Sequence record: MH791411.1
Source of the DNA: Escherichia phage Ecwhy_1
DNA: 64,000 nt
Direction: 5' to 3' (one strand)
How positions within the stretch are numbered: position 1 is the first letter of the stretch; each line of letters opens with the position of its first letter. A model generated the notes under the pieces. The model had not been told where the DNA came from. It made no database searches and saw only the letters and a program-made list of their open reading frames with translations. Below, piece by piece: positions 44,345 to 54,851 of the stretch. Made by a program: the position numbers and the translations under genes.

Positions 44345-46081
44345 TTAAAAAGAATCGCCTAAATTATTCGGGTTAAAACCTGCACTTCCTTGTTGTTCTT
44401 GGTATTCAGCATCGGCACTTTCTAAGTTACCGTCACCATCAATACCCAAATCCATACCAGGATCGTTAGGAGCATCTATACCAACAGATTGCAACCCAGC
44501 AGCATCTTCTTCACCACTTGACGGAGCGGAACCATCTTGTGGATTTTCTTGGAGCCACATTTGCTCATTCTTAACAATATCAGCTTTAGAGAAGCCCATT
44601 TTTTCAAGAATAGTTTGTTTTGCCATATATGGCAGATCGTTAAGTGGGAGATAGGTGTTAATTAGTTTAGCATCTAGTTCCGCTTTACGATAAGAAGCCA
44701 AGTTAATAGGTGGATTCATAATTACTTCAAAAGATGAAGTACTAATGTTATATCCATTTTTAACCATAAAACGTTTAAATTCTGCATCAAATAGTTTTGC
44801 AACTAAACGTTGATAACGCATACATTGGTTATTAAAACGTAATTCACTTGCCATTGCTTGTGTTGCACCATCACCGAATAGTGATACACCACCATCATCT
44901 GGACCTTGCGGTAGATATGAAGCTGGAATTTGCAATCCACGAATCAATTTATTGTTGAAGTAACGCAAGTCATCAATCTGACCTAAGTTATCACCACCTG
45001 GAAGTGTTTGTACATCTGAACCACGACCTTCAGAAGTTTGTGGGAAGAAGTAATCTTCTAGAATACTTAATGGATTATATGCTGCATCCATTAGAGAAGT
45101 ACTGCCACCTTTATTTGAAGGAATACGTCTTTGGTGAATTTCATTTTTGAATCGTTCTACGTATGCCATTGCTTGGTGAGTTTGCATATCACCAACGTCG
45201 ATTTTAAATACACGACGCTCTGGAGCACGTTGAACACGATAGATAATAATACTATCTTCAAGTAATTCTTTTTGTTTATAGACTTTGAAAACATCTTCAA
45301 GTATACTAGTACCAAAAGGCCAAACTCCATCTTGTCCTGTATTTAGGGTTAGATGAATTACGTGTTCTGCACCAACTGGAATAACATCAAGACGACCGTT
45401 AGTACTGAATGGGTCAGCAGAGTTTCCTTGGTTAGTAAAGCCAGATGCACCACCTGCTGCTACTGAACCACCGCCACCTAATGTGGTAGGGATTGCACCA
45501 GGATATGCAGTTTTGTCAAAACCAACTTGTAAGTTACTAAACACTTTATCTTTAAGATTCAAAGATACGTCACGGATATAATAAATTACAGGGGTTTTTC
45601 CGGTTGCTTCGTTAACGAATACTTGTTCAACGTTTTTTGGGCTTACCCAGTACCAGTCAAATGTTTCTGGGTCACGAATGAAGAATTGGTCACCGTATTT
45701 TAATAGGCCACGTACAATTTCATACATTCTGGTTTTAAAATCATTTTGTTCAGTCCATGCATCCAAACGGTCTTCAATAGTAGTTACTTCTGTATCACCA
45801 ATATCATCTTTATATTTGATTTTATATGGAAGACCAAAATCTTCAGTACTTTGTGTACAGAAGTCAGCAATGATATTAAGTGCTGTTCTAATTTCAGGAT
45901 CTTGGTCCATCTGTTCATACTGACTATAACGTTCAGTACGGTTAGCTAAACCATTGTATACTACTGGAAGATAGGAAGCGAAATTGGTTTTCGTTCCTGT
46001 TGATTTGTTGCTATTACTGGACTGATTAGGGACGACCGATAACTTCGATCTCCCCATTGTCATATGTCGTTTCCAACTCAT
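44345..46081 (-). CDS. portal vertex protein (T4 gp20-like)
   Basis: 578 aa, upstream of core/protease/scaffold/MCP as in T4; YSQYEQMDQDPEIRTALNIIADF resembles portal N-region. Confidence 0.7.
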   Translation of the reverse strand: MSWKRHMTMGRSKLSVVPNQSSNSNKSTGTKTNFASYLPVVYNGLANRTERYSQYEQMDQDPEIRTALNIIADFCTQSTEDFGLPYKIKYKDDIGDTEVTTIEDRLDAWTEQNDFKTRMYEIVRGLLKYGDQFFIRDPETFDWYWVSPKNVEQVFVNEATGKTPVIYYIRDVSLNLKDKVFSNLQVGFDKTAYPGAIPTTLGGGGSVAAGGASGFTNQGNSADPFSTNGRLDVIPVGAEHVIHLTLNTGQDGVWPFGTSILEDVFKVYKQKELLEDSIIIYRVQRAPERRVFKIDVGDMQTHQAMAYVERFKNEIHQRRIPSNKGGSTSLMDAAYNPLSILEDYFFPQTSEGRGSDVQTLPGGDNLGQIDDLRYFNNKLIRGLQIPASYLPQGPDDGGVSLFGDGATQAMASELRFNNQCMRYQRLVAKLFDAEFKRFMVKNGYNISTSSFEVIMNPPINLASYRKAELDAKLINTYLPLNDLPYMAKQTILEKMGFSKADIVKNEQMWLQENPQDGSAPSSGEEDAAGLQSVGIDAPNDPGMDLGIDGDGNLESADAEYQEQQGSAGFNPNNLGDSF

Positions 46082-46093
46082 TATTGTTCGTCC

Positions 46094-48292
46094 TTAACTG
46101 TTTCTCTCACCTTGGGTGTTTTCAGAGATAGTTCTTAGATAATTATTTGTCTGTTGTACAGCAGATAGTGATTGTTCATTAACATCGGCAAGCTTTTTGA
46201 GTATTTCTTTCATTTCATCAGAAATCGGTGCTGGTGGTCCAGTTCTCGATGTCACTGCACTACCATTATTTATCATCTTCTTAATTGCCTCTGTATCGTC
46301 AGGTTTTGGTGGAACTGGTGGTTCACCTGGTGCCCATGCAGTTTTATCAAAATCTTTACGAGATACAGTTATTTCTGGAGCAACGTTATTGGTTTTTTCA
46401 ATAACAGGACGAATACGTTCTACTCCTGGACGGTTGAATAAACTGTCAGCATAATCAGATGGTAGTGGTTTTGGTTCTTTGTAGTTACGTGAGGTGTTCC
46501 ATTTGTTGAACTTATCCCACATCCCTGCAAAATAATCACTAACACTATTTACACCGTTGTCAATGATGTTGTTTACGCTTTCTGCTGGGGTTTCAGTACT
46601 GTTATTGAGTTTTATATCATTATCAGAACCACCACCGAACCAACTTTTAACAGAATTCCATAGGTTACCTGGTAAATCCATTAAGTTATTCATAAAGGTA
46701 TCAAATGCTTCTGACACTTTAGAGTAACCTGAACCGAATATATCTGCACCCAATCCATCCAACCAAGCTGTAAATTCAGCACCAATACGATCAAGGTAAG
46801 CAATTGCATCTTTAGCAATAGGTACTAACCCAAATCCATCAAGAGCCAATTCCCCAATAAACTCCCATGCACCATCAGTTCTGTCTGCAATGTCAGAAAG
46901 ATAATCCACAATTGAATTTTGTGTATTAGCATACATTGTATTAAATGGTTCAGTGAATTCTTTACTAATCCACATATTGAAGCGGTTAGTAAATTGAGTT
47001 AATTTATCAGCGGGATTATTTTTAGGTTCATTTACGGTTGCTTCCATATCCAATAGTTGTTGGTAGAAGGTTGCAGCAGTTGTGTTTCCTAATTGAATCT
47101 GGTTAAGCAAATCTTGCTTAATTAATTCTTTATTCTTTTTAACGAATTCTAATTGTTGGCGACGAATTTCTTGTGAATCAGTTACACCACTACGTACAAG
47201 ATTTTCACCTAAATCAGCGAACTGGTTCAGTACTGGAGTGAGTAGGTCATCCGGTACGCCACCAATAGACAATCTGTGTGATATCAAACGGAGGAAATCT
47301 GCACCTGCATCACCCATTGCACCCGCAGCTTCGTTGAACGCCTTAGATGTTGCTACAGCAGCTTTACTGGATAGTCCAGAGTAGTTCTGCAATGCAATTT
47401 GCATAGAACGAGTATCGAGTGATTTATCTAGGTTTTGCGTTTTGTTTAGTAATGCATCAACGGATTCACCCATACTTTTACTGAATTTAGTCATGCTCAT
47501 GATAAATTGTTCAGTACTTTTAGCTTGGTCCATACTACGAAGAGCTTCACGACCACCATATTGTTTTTGGAACTTAATGTTTCTTGCAGTTAAATCAGTT
47601 AATGTTTTTTGAGAAATACCATAAAGGCCAAGTTCATTTTGAGCTTGTTGAACAGTTCCTAATAATTTACCAAAGGTAGCAACACCATCACCATATGCCC
47701 CATCCAATTGAGCTACTACAGAACTATGTGTTTGTAGAGCTTCACTGAATGCATCCATACTCAACATAGATGCACCTGCACCTTTCAGTACTGAACCATA
47801 ACCTTCAGCCAATGCAACACCAGCACTGTTAATTCTGGTATATACTTCCAATTGTGCATTAAGTGCGTTATATACAGCAAGACCAGCACCAGTAACGAGT
47901 TTAAATGCTGCTGCCGCTGCACCAATTGGACCTGGCATCATTGCTAATGAACCAGCAAATGATGATGCACTAACGCCTAATGAGTTTACTACAGTACTTA
48001 CGTTCGTACTGGAGTTCATCATTGTTTTGCTTACATTGGAAACTTCAGAAGATAGTGATTTGAACAATTTACCAAATGCTTTCCCATCATCGGCTTGTGC
48101 ACTTCCACGATTTCCACGATTACTGGAAGAACTGGAACTGGAACCATTCTTTTTACTATTTGAACCTGATTTTTTCTTATCATTCTTTATATTTTCAGCT
48201 AATAACTCACGGATAGCAGTCAAACTATCATTGTTATCTTTAGTTTGATTAACCAACTGCTGTAGTAGGTAATCACTTGTATTGACAGCCAT
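46094..48292 (-). CDS. tape-measure-like / baseplate hub length-determinator-like protein (gp29-like), tentative
   Basis: Track ORF has spurious N-extension; start at MAVNTSD (~48292, AAGGGA upstream). Ser-rich linker, Gly/Ala hydrophobic segment. Confidence 0.45.
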   Translation of the reverse strand: MAVNTSDYLLQQLVNQTKDNNDSLTAIRELLAENIKNDKKKSGSNSKKNGSSSSSSSNRGNRGSAQADDGKAFGKLFKSLSSEVSNVSKTMMNSSTNVSTVVNSLGVSASSFAGSLAMMPGPIGAAAAAFKLVTGAGLAVYNALNAQLEVYTRINSAGVALAEGYGSVLKGAGASMLSMDAFSEALQTHSSVVAQLDGAYGDGVATFGKLLGTVQQAQNELGLYGISQKTLTDLTARNIKFQKQYGGREALRSMDQAKSTEQFIMSMTKFSKSMGESVDALLNKTQNLDKSLDTRSMQIALQNYSGLSSKAAVATSKAFNEAAGAMGDAGADFLRLISHRLSIGGVPDDLLTPVLNQFADLGENLVRSGVTDSQEIRRQQLEFVKKNKELIKQDLLNQIQLGNTTAATFYQQLLDMEATVNEPKNNPADKLTQFTNRFNMWISKEFTEPFNTMYANTQNSIVDYLSDIADRTDGAWEFIGELALDGFGLVPIAKDAIAYLDRIGAEFTAWLDGLGADIFGSGYSKVSEAFDTFMNNLMDLPGNLWNSVKSWFGGGSDNDIKLNNSTETPAESVNNIIDNGVNSVSDYFAGMWDKFNKWNTSRNYKEPKPLPSDYADSLFNRPGVERIRPVIEKTNNVAPEITVSRKDFDKTAWAPGEPPVPPKPDDTEAIKKMINNGSAVTSRTGPPAPISDEMKEILKKLADVNEQSLSAVQQTNNYLRTISENTQGERNS

Positions 48293-48437
48293 AACATTCC
48301 CTTTTAATAGATGTATTATAGAAATATTTATGAATCTATAACGAATAAAAAAGACCCATCTATAACATTTGTCCAATTTGTCCCATTTTTTGGTAATAAA
48401 TACTACAGAGACATTTATTACATGGAGATTTAATAAA

Positions 48438-49274
48438 ATGGCAATGAACCCACTAGCTAAGTATACTAAAATTGAAGAACTTGGTACAAAATTGGTCACA
48501 AATGGCGTGATTCCTTATAAAGAAGGAGTTCTTGGCTCTAAAGGTATCAAATGTGGCATTTGTGCTCGTAGTGCACGCGATGAAATGACACTCAATACAC
48601 CAGATATGCTTCTAAATGGTGATGCAATTGCTCGTGTTATTGAAAACTGCGTACCTAACGTACTTGATGCAGATGAACTTTATGTAAATGACGTAGAGCA
48701 ACTACTTATCGCTATTAAAGTAGCTTCTAAAGAAGAATCATATGATATTAATGTGACATGTCCTGAATGTAACAAAGAAGGCCGTTTTGAGCGTAGCTTA
48801 TCATATCTACTAGAAACAGCACAAACTTTCAGTGAAGTTCCTACTGTACAATTGGATAATGGACTAAGTTTAGAGTTTAGACCACTTACTTGGAAGGAAT
48901 ATTCTAACTTCGCAGAAAGAATGTTTACAGAACAACAAAAAACTAAATTCCTTGAAACTGCCGAAATGGAGCAGGAAGAAAAAGTTAAAGTGTTTGGTGA
49001 AGTATTTGAAAGTATGGCACAACTCAACTTTGATATGATCGCAGGAGTTATTGCTAAAGTAATTACTCCTGAAGGTGATGAAGTAACTGAAAACGAATTC
49101 ATTGCTGAATGGCTAGGTCAGCAGTCCAAAGGAACACTTAAAATAATTCGTGAAAAAATGGATGAAGTACTTGAAATTGGTGTTTCCCATACTATGGAAG
49201 TTGAATGCAGTGACTGTAATCATCAATGGGAAATTAATGGACTGAAATATGACCCAAGTCATTTTTTCGCATAA
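48438..49274 (+). CDS. zinc-ribbon-containing structural/assembly protein, unknown
   Basis: Start at MAMNPLAKY with GGAG RBS; three CxxC pairs (CGIC, CPEC, CSDC). Confidence 0.5.
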   Translation: MAMNPLAKYTKIEELGTKLVTNGVIPYKEGVLGSKGIKCGICARSARDEMTLNTPDMLLNGDAIARVIENCVPNVLDADELYVNDVEQLLIAIKVASKEESYDINVTCPECNKEGRFERSLSYLLETAQTFSEVPTVQLDNGLSLEFRPLTWKEYSNFAERMFTEQQKTKFLETAEMEQEEKVKVFGEVFESMAQLNFDMIAGVIAKVITPEGDEVTENEFIAEWLGQQSKGTLKIIREKMDEVLEIGVSHTMEVECSDCNHQWEINGLKYDPSHFFA

Positions 49275-49483
49275 TGCTTCTCCACTCATCTCCTGAAGAA
49301 ATACAAGAAGTACTTAAGGAATTTGAGTTGAATAAGTCAGATATTAAAACTGCATTAATGGAGTGTTCTGTTTATATGGAAAGTGTTGATTACGGAACAC
49401 TACTTAATATGCCACTAATTGATAGAGACTTATTAGTTAAGTCTTTTAATAAGAAAATTAAAAAACAAAACGAGAAGCACTAA
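49274..49483 (+). CDS. hypothetical small protein (69 aa)
   Basis: Coupled start/stop with upstream ORF. Confidence 0.35.
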   Translation: MLLHSSPEEIQEVLKEFELNKSDIKTALMECSVYMESVDYGTLLNMPLIDRDLLVKSFNKKIKKQNEKH

Positions 49484-49494
49484 CTCACAAGGAG

Positions 49495-49523
49495 CCAGCA
49501 CATTGTTGCTGGTTTTTTTTTTT
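49495..49523 (+). terminator. rho-independent terminator (CCAGCA-cattgt-TGCTGG + T11)
   Basis: Perfect hairpin followed by 11 T residues. Confidence 0.65.
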
Positions 49524-50323
49524 GGTTTTAAACTACAGAATTGATTGAATTGAATTATGAAAGGAATTAATTATTTTATAGTGAACTCATCTAACTCATT
49601 TCATTCGTTAGCTGAAGAATATTCGTTACTACGTAACTCATATTCATTTCTTATAATTAATTATAAAGAACTTTAAAAGATTTAATACTTGACGGGATTT
49701 GTTGAAGACATTTTCATCCCCCCGCAGGGGAATGAAGACAATAAAAAAGAGACAATTAAGTCTCTTAATTCTTGACGCTGATGGTTTCAGCATTTATTGT
49801 ATTGCGAATTTCTTAAAATTCATTAAGAACGAAAGCGGGTTGCTCTGTTTCTCTCTATCGCAGTCATGTGCAACGGTCGTCAGTCTTAATCATCCTGACA
49901 CTCACCTGAAAGTCTATACAATCAAACTTCAGGCTGTTTATTAAATCACTTAATAAACTCCCTTAGCAAATCTGGTAAGGTGCGATCCTTATACATCTAT
50001 CGAGGAACTCTCTGTATGCTTATCGGAGTTCTTTATTGAGCCGTGTCGCCGTGAGGGGTTCAAACTATGCCCACATCTAACGGGTTTCTTCTGCTCATCG
50101 CACTGTTGAACTGCTCATCTGCCATCTACATTTTCGATAGGATCAGGTTCTAATTTATATGCATTTCTGCATTCAACAGGATTGTCATCACTACAATTAA
50201 CATTATAGCACCAAATTCAAAAGTGTCTCACTATTATGATAAAAAATTTATAAAAAGTACATAATTCTTGAACATTGAAGTAACGCATAAATATTTTGAT
50301 AAGAATTAGTTTAGTGGGGATTT

Positions 50324-50815
50324 ATGAAGAAAAGATTAAAAGATAGTAAAGAAGCTGCAAACTATCGAAATGAATTACTAAAGAAGCAAAAAGGAATTGA
50401 TCCTATAATTAAGGAACCAATCACTAAGCCAGTACTTGATCACTATCACTTCGAGAATCAACACTGTCGTGAAGTTCTCCAGAACGAAGTGAACGCATGG
50501 GAAGGTAAAGTACAGAACAGCTTTAATCGCTATATGAAGCACTTAACCGATAAACCCTTATACGAGGTACTACGAAATCTTGCGGATTATCTGGAGCGTA
50601 ATAACAGCATTCCTGAAGATGAGCAAGTTATACATCACACTGCACTAACAATCGATACGAATAAGTTTAAAAGGCTCCCAGCAGGACAACAGAATGCAAT
50701 ACTGGAAGAGTTAGGTGTTATCCCTGGTGCAAACAATGCTGCTCGTGTTAAGCAAGCCAGAAAGCTTATCAAGGAAGGCAAATTAAATATGGTAGATATA
50801 AAAAAAGGGAGCTAA
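50324..50815 (+). CDS. Endonuclease VII-like protein (T4 gp49 family-like His-Me finger core, zinc Cys apparently absent)
   Basis: 163 aa; PVLDHYHFENQHCREVLQNEVNAWEGKVQNSFNRY aligns by eye to EndoVII core LDHDHE...CNLCNAAEG...FNR. Confidence 0.5.
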   Translation: MKKRLKDSKEAANYRNELLKKQKGIDPIIKEPITKPVLDHYHFENQHCREVLQNEVNAWEGKVQNSFNRYMKHLTDKPLYEVLRNLADYLERNNSIPEDEQVIHHTALTIDTNKFKRLPAGQQNAILEELGVIPGANNAARVKQARKLIKEGKLNMVDIKKGS

Positions 50816-50822
50816 GGCTCCC
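50807..50822. terminator. bidirectional rho-independent terminator (GGGAGC-taa-GGCTCCC)
   Basis: Hairpin between convergent genes; TAA stop of the plus-strand gene sits in the loop. Confidence 0.6.
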
Positions 50823-50833
50823 TTTCCTTTTAA

Positions 50834-52981
50834 TTAGAATACATCATCAAGAGTTGTATACTCAACAGTACTGAAACCATCCTCTTTAACTACTTTTAGG
50901 ATTTTCTCAGTCTTAGAAAGCAATTCTTCTCTGTGAGAAATGGCATATACATTCTTACCACGCACAGCAGCCATATCTTGGAAGATAGACCACACGCGAA
51001 GAACACCACTTGAATCAAGACCTTGGTCAATCATCTCATCAATGATAAGAATATTGATACTTTGATACAATGACTCATATGTATCACGGAAAGCACAAGA
51101 TAAAGCAATGTTTACCCTTGTACGCTCACCGCGACTAAGCTGTTTATAGTCAAAGTACTGACCACTTTTCTCAATTTCTACACTCAAATCATTCAAGAAC
51201 ACAACATTATGTTCAGAACCACACATATCAATGTAATATTGAAGACGTGTATTCAGATACGAAATGTTTTGTTCAATAATACGCTTACGGACATAAGAAT
51301 CCTTGTTTAACAACAATTTAACCAAGAAATCTTGGTGATTTGCCATCTTATCAAGGTTATTATAGTCACTATAGTCGATTGGTACTAATGAATCGGTCGT
51401 AAGTGTATTAATTTGTCCAATAAATGTGTTAGTAGTTTTCAATTCACGATCTAATTGCTGCGATAATGAAGTTACTGTCATTTCTAACTCTTTTACTTCA
51501 GATTTATTCAATGTATCTGGTACTTCTTGAAGAACATGTGCGTTCAGTTCTTCATATGATGACATAAGTTCATTAGCATAGATGTTAATTTGCTCTTCTT
51601 CACTCTTTTTAATAAGTTCTTGAAGCTTATGCTCATGCATTTGTGCTTCAGTTAGTGTAGAATAGAATGTCACAGGCTTAGGTGGCATATCAAAAATCTC
51701 AATACTATCAATTTCCTGAAGTATTGTTTCAATTTCAGAAGCGGAACTATCAATTTTCGATTGAAGTTCATTAATAGTATTTTGAATTTTATCTTTAATA
51801 GACGAAGTATGTTCATTATGTTCTAATTCGGACATACAAAGTGGACATTTACTACTCTCCACTGTTGCTAATTTGTCCACCTCAGCACGTAACGAACTCT
51901 CATGACCATTTAAAGCCACCTTTAATGCGTTAAGTTTTTGTTCTTTGAAACGTTTTTGGTTATTATTCTCTTTTAGAATACCCTCCAACTGTTTCCATAT
52001 CTCCAACTCATTGTGATTTTCTAATTCAGTACTGATATCAATAGTTTTTAGCTTATCAATACTTACATTTAATGCTAATTTTGCTGTTGCTAGTTCACGG
52101 TCATATGCATCATACTTCAAAGCTAACTCTTGCACACGTCTTTCTATTTGATCACGAGCAGCATTATGAATAAGAGCTTTCTCTTTCACTTCTGCCAAAT
52201 CATAGAGATCGTTGAAGTCTAAAGTTTTGTAGATATTCAATTCTTCAGTCAACTTAGATACTCTATTATTTTTATCAATCTCAAATTGGTTAGCTTGTTC
52301 TTGTAATGATTCAATACTTTTTTGAATACGTTCATTACTTGCAGCCACAGTTTCAATTTTAAACTTTTCTTGTTCAGCTAAACGTTTAGAATCTTTATAC
52401 ATATCCTTTAATAGTTCAGCTTTCTCTGTTAATTGTGTGATGCCCAGAAGTTCCTCAATCATATCACGTTGTTTCTGTGATGATAATGCAAGAAACGGCT
52501 CTACGTTAGCATTAAGTACTACAATATGTTCAAATAGTAGTTGAGAAATCCCAAGAATCTCGTTTAGATCTTCTTGTGTATCTTTCTTCTCCCCTCTTGA
52601 CTCATCTTCGACCTTATTATCTTTACCTAATGTAATAAAGTTGAAATACGTGGGACTTCTCCCACGCTCGACGAGATATTGTACACCATCTTTCTCGAAC
52701 TCAACAGATACTTCACAGTTTTTAGCATTAGTTTTATTAACTAAGTTTGGAATTTTGATATCGTTACCAATACTTTTTCCAAACAAACCAAAAACTAAAC
52801 CTTGAATGATGGCACTTTTACCAACACCATTACGGCGACCGGAACTATCACCACCTTCAATAACTGCATCATTGTTTTGACCAAGAACTAACGATATATC
52901 AGCACCAGACAAATCAATTACTTGTGGTGCATTGCCAAATGAAAAGAAGTTCCTCATTGATATACGTGTAATGTTTAGCAC
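50834..52981 (-). CDS. recombination/repair ATPase, Rad50/SbcC-like (T4 gp46-like)
   Basis: 715 aa; Walker A GKSAIIQG, long coiled coil with CPLC zinc hook, C-terminal signature/Walker B region. Confidence 0.85.
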   Translation of the reverse strand: MLNITRISMRNFFSFGNAPQVIDLSGADISLVLGQNNDAVIEGGDSSGRRNGVGKSAIIQGLVFGLFGKSIGNDIKIPNLVNKTNAKNCEVSVEFEKDGVQYLVERGRSPTYFNFITLGKDNKVEDESRGEKKDTQEDLNEILGISQLLFEHIVVLNANVEPFLALSSQKQRDMIEELLGITQLTEKAELLKDMYKDSKRLAEQEKFKIETVAASNERIQKSIESLQEQANQFEIDKNNRVSKLTEELNIYKTLDFNDLYDLAEVKEKALIHNAARDQIERRVQELALKYDAYDRELATAKLALNVSIDKLKTIDISTELENHNELEIWKQLEGILKENNNQKRFKEQKLNALKVALNGHESSLRAEVDKLATVESSKCPLCMSELEHNEHTSSIKDKIQNTINELQSKIDSSASEIETILQEIDSIEIFDMPPKPVTFYSTLTEAQMHEHKLQELIKKSEEEQINIYANELMSSYEELNAHVLQEVPDTLNKSEVKELEMTVTSLSQQLDRELKTTNTFIGQINTLTTDSLVPIDYSDYNNLDKMANHQDFLVKLLLNKDSYVRKRIIEQNISYLNTRLQYYIDMCGSEHNVVFLNDLSVEIEKSGQYFDYKQLSRGERTRVNIALSCAFRDTYESLYQSINILIIDEMIDQGLDSSGVLRVWSIFQDMAAVRGKNVYAISHREELLSKTEKILKVVKEDGFSTVEYTTLDDVF

Positions 52982-52993
52982 AATAAATTTCCC

Positions 52994-54025
52994 TTATAGT
53001 GATCTGTAAATTTGGATTAGAAGATTTTTATCGAACATAGGTGAATCAATTTCCATGATTTGTTGTAACACAATCTCATCAACTGACTCAGTACTTTCAA
53101 AGCTTTCACCATCTTCAATAAGTTCTTTGATACTTTGCTTGCTAGTAACAACGTTAAACTCACGAATGTTATAAAGTTTAGTAAAAGTATCACGAATAAA
53201 ACTAATCTCATCAGTAGTGATAGCAATATCAACTTGAACCTTTGAAATAGTATTGTCTTGAAGATAATAACTTGGATCTGTTAATAGTTCTGAAAGTGTA
53301 AATGTTCTATATTTTGGTGCTTCTGACCAAGAATGGAAAGTTGGTTCTTTACCATGTTCTAAAATCATCACACCTCTTGCATCATCCCATGTATCAGAAA
53401 AGTTATGTGGGAAACAGTTACCTGTGTAAATTACACGAGTTCCTTTAGATGTTGTTTTTGCTTGTCTCTTGTGGAAATGTCCACTAAAAACATACTCACA
53501 ACCACCAAAAGAACCTTCAGTCTCTTTACCATGATCTGGCATCTCAACCATTTTATTGAGCAAGTATCCAGGTAACTCTAAGTGACCAAAAACATACTTA
53601 CTTTTAAGTTGAGGTAGAACTTTGTATTCATCTTCAATCATAAATGGAATGAAAGTACAATCATCAAATGTTGTGATTTCATTAATGAACTCGATGTTCT
53701 CATAAACTTGTGCCATATTAATACTAGTAATGTCACGTTTATTTTTATGATACATGTCATGGTTCCCAACTAAGAAGTAAACCTTATCAAAGTTGTCATT
53801 TAGTAATTGTAGAATTTGTAAACCATAGTTTAATGTTTGAATGTTAATATTACTGCGGTTATGGAAGTAATCTCCCATAAACACGCATACAGTAATACCA
53901 TTTTTCTTAGCAAGTTCAATCATAAACTTGATGAAGTTCAAACAATCTTCGTTGTGCTGCTTGCTGTTATTCTTTAATCCTAAATGAATATCAGTAAATG
54001 TAATTGCTTTATCAAATAGAGCCAT
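52994..54025 (-). CDS. Mre11/SbcD-like nuclease (T4 gp47-like)
   Basis: Start at MALFDK; phosphoesterase motifs DIHLG, GDYFH, GNHD. Confidence 0.85.
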   Translation of the reverse strand: MALFDKAITFTDIHLGLKNNSKQHNEDCLNFIKFMIELAKKNGITVCVFMGDYFHNRSNINIQTLNYGLQILQLLNDNFDKVYFLVGNHDMYHKNKRDITSINMAQVYENIEFINEITTFDDCTFIPFMIEDEYKVLPQLKSKYVFGHLELPGYLLNKMVEMPDHGKETEGSFGGCEYVFSGHFHKRQAKTTSKGTRVIYTGNCFPHNFSDTWDDARGVMILEHGKEPTFHSWSEAPKYRTFTLSELLTDPSYYLQDNTISKVQVDIAITTDEISFIRDTFTKLYNIREFNVVTSKQSIKELIEDGESFESTESVDEIVLQQIMEIDSPMFDKNLLIQIYRSL

Positions 54026-54851
54026 CTTCGTTTTTCCTTTCAATCATGTTCATTTCAATTTCGATTTGACGAGTGTGTGATGGTGTAAAACCATGCATCT
54101 CAAGTAAATCGTCTCGGATGTTACGAACATTTTTCTCACTATTAAGAATCGAACGGAAACTATTGTTAACGAACGAAGTATAGTAAGAGAAAGGATTCAA
54201 CTGTACTGCTGGTTTATCTTTTTTGTAAAGAATACTCTCTTTAAAGAGAAGTGCGTTTTTAACTAATTGTATTCTGGCATCACCCATCATTTCATCCAAA
54301 TATGTATAGTTTCTATAGTTGGATTTGTGTGAGATTTCCTCTGCCAGTTTAATGAACATTTTACCTAGTTCATTAGTGATTTTACCATGAACAGTACTGA
54401 ATTCTCCGTCTTCAAGATCACCTTTCCAGTGAGAACGAACGACTTCGTACAGAATACCTTCTTCATCTACAATGTAATGTTTGAATGGTTCAAAATTTAC
54501 TCTTGTATCTGCTGGGATATGTTCATCGGTAATTACACGAATAACCACCTCATCGATAGGTACATCAGTCAGTACTAAATTGTGCTCATCTGCGTATTCC
54601 TTCGCTTTCTTCGCACTCATACCTTCTTTTTCACGAATTGCATCAAGCATTTCATTGTTGAGACGTTTAATACGTGCTGCTTTAGCTTTATCTAAAAGTT
54701 CTGCTGTAATTTCGGATTCATCAAAAACGATATAATCGTACATACTGTAGCACTTATCTAGTAACCAGCAATATGAGATTTTACTTTTTTGTATCTCACG
54801 AAGTAAATCAGCATTGTTAAGATACTTTTTACGCTTCGGCCTATTTGTCAT
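54012..54851 (-). CDS. late-transcription sigma factor (T4 gp55-like) with large internal insertion
   Basis: Start at MTNRPKRKKYLNN (GGAGAG upstream); N-region KKYLNNADLLREI and C-region ITNELGKMFIKLAEE...NPFSYYTSFVNNSFRSI resemble gp55; ~279 aa versus ~185 in T4. Confidence 0.6.
   Translation of the reverse strand: MTNRPKRKKYLNNADLLREIQKSKISYCWLLDKCYSMYDYIVFDESEITAELLDKAKAARIKRLNNEMLDAIREKEGMSAKKAKEYADEHNLVLTDVPIDEVVIRVITDEHIPADTRVNFEPFKHYIVDEEGILYEVVRSHWKGDLEDGEFSTVHGKITNELGKMFIKLAEEISHKSNYRNYTYLDEMMGDARIQLVKNALLFKESILYKKDKPAVQLNPFSYYTSFVNNSFRSILNSEKNVRNIRDDLLEMHGFTPSHTRQIEIEMNMIERKNEDGSI

Noticed and set aside
49699-49944. 81-aa plus-strand ORF inside the long non-coding region.
   Set aside because: No RBS, translation looks non-protein-like, and the interval is dominated by hairpins; more likely non-coding.
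49960-50080. tRNA-like T-loop-looking sequences (GGTGCGATCC near 49980; GGTTCAAAC near 50060).
   Set aside because: I could not find matching acceptor-stem or anticodon-arm pairing at the required spacing; without a tRNA scanner these are not supportable.
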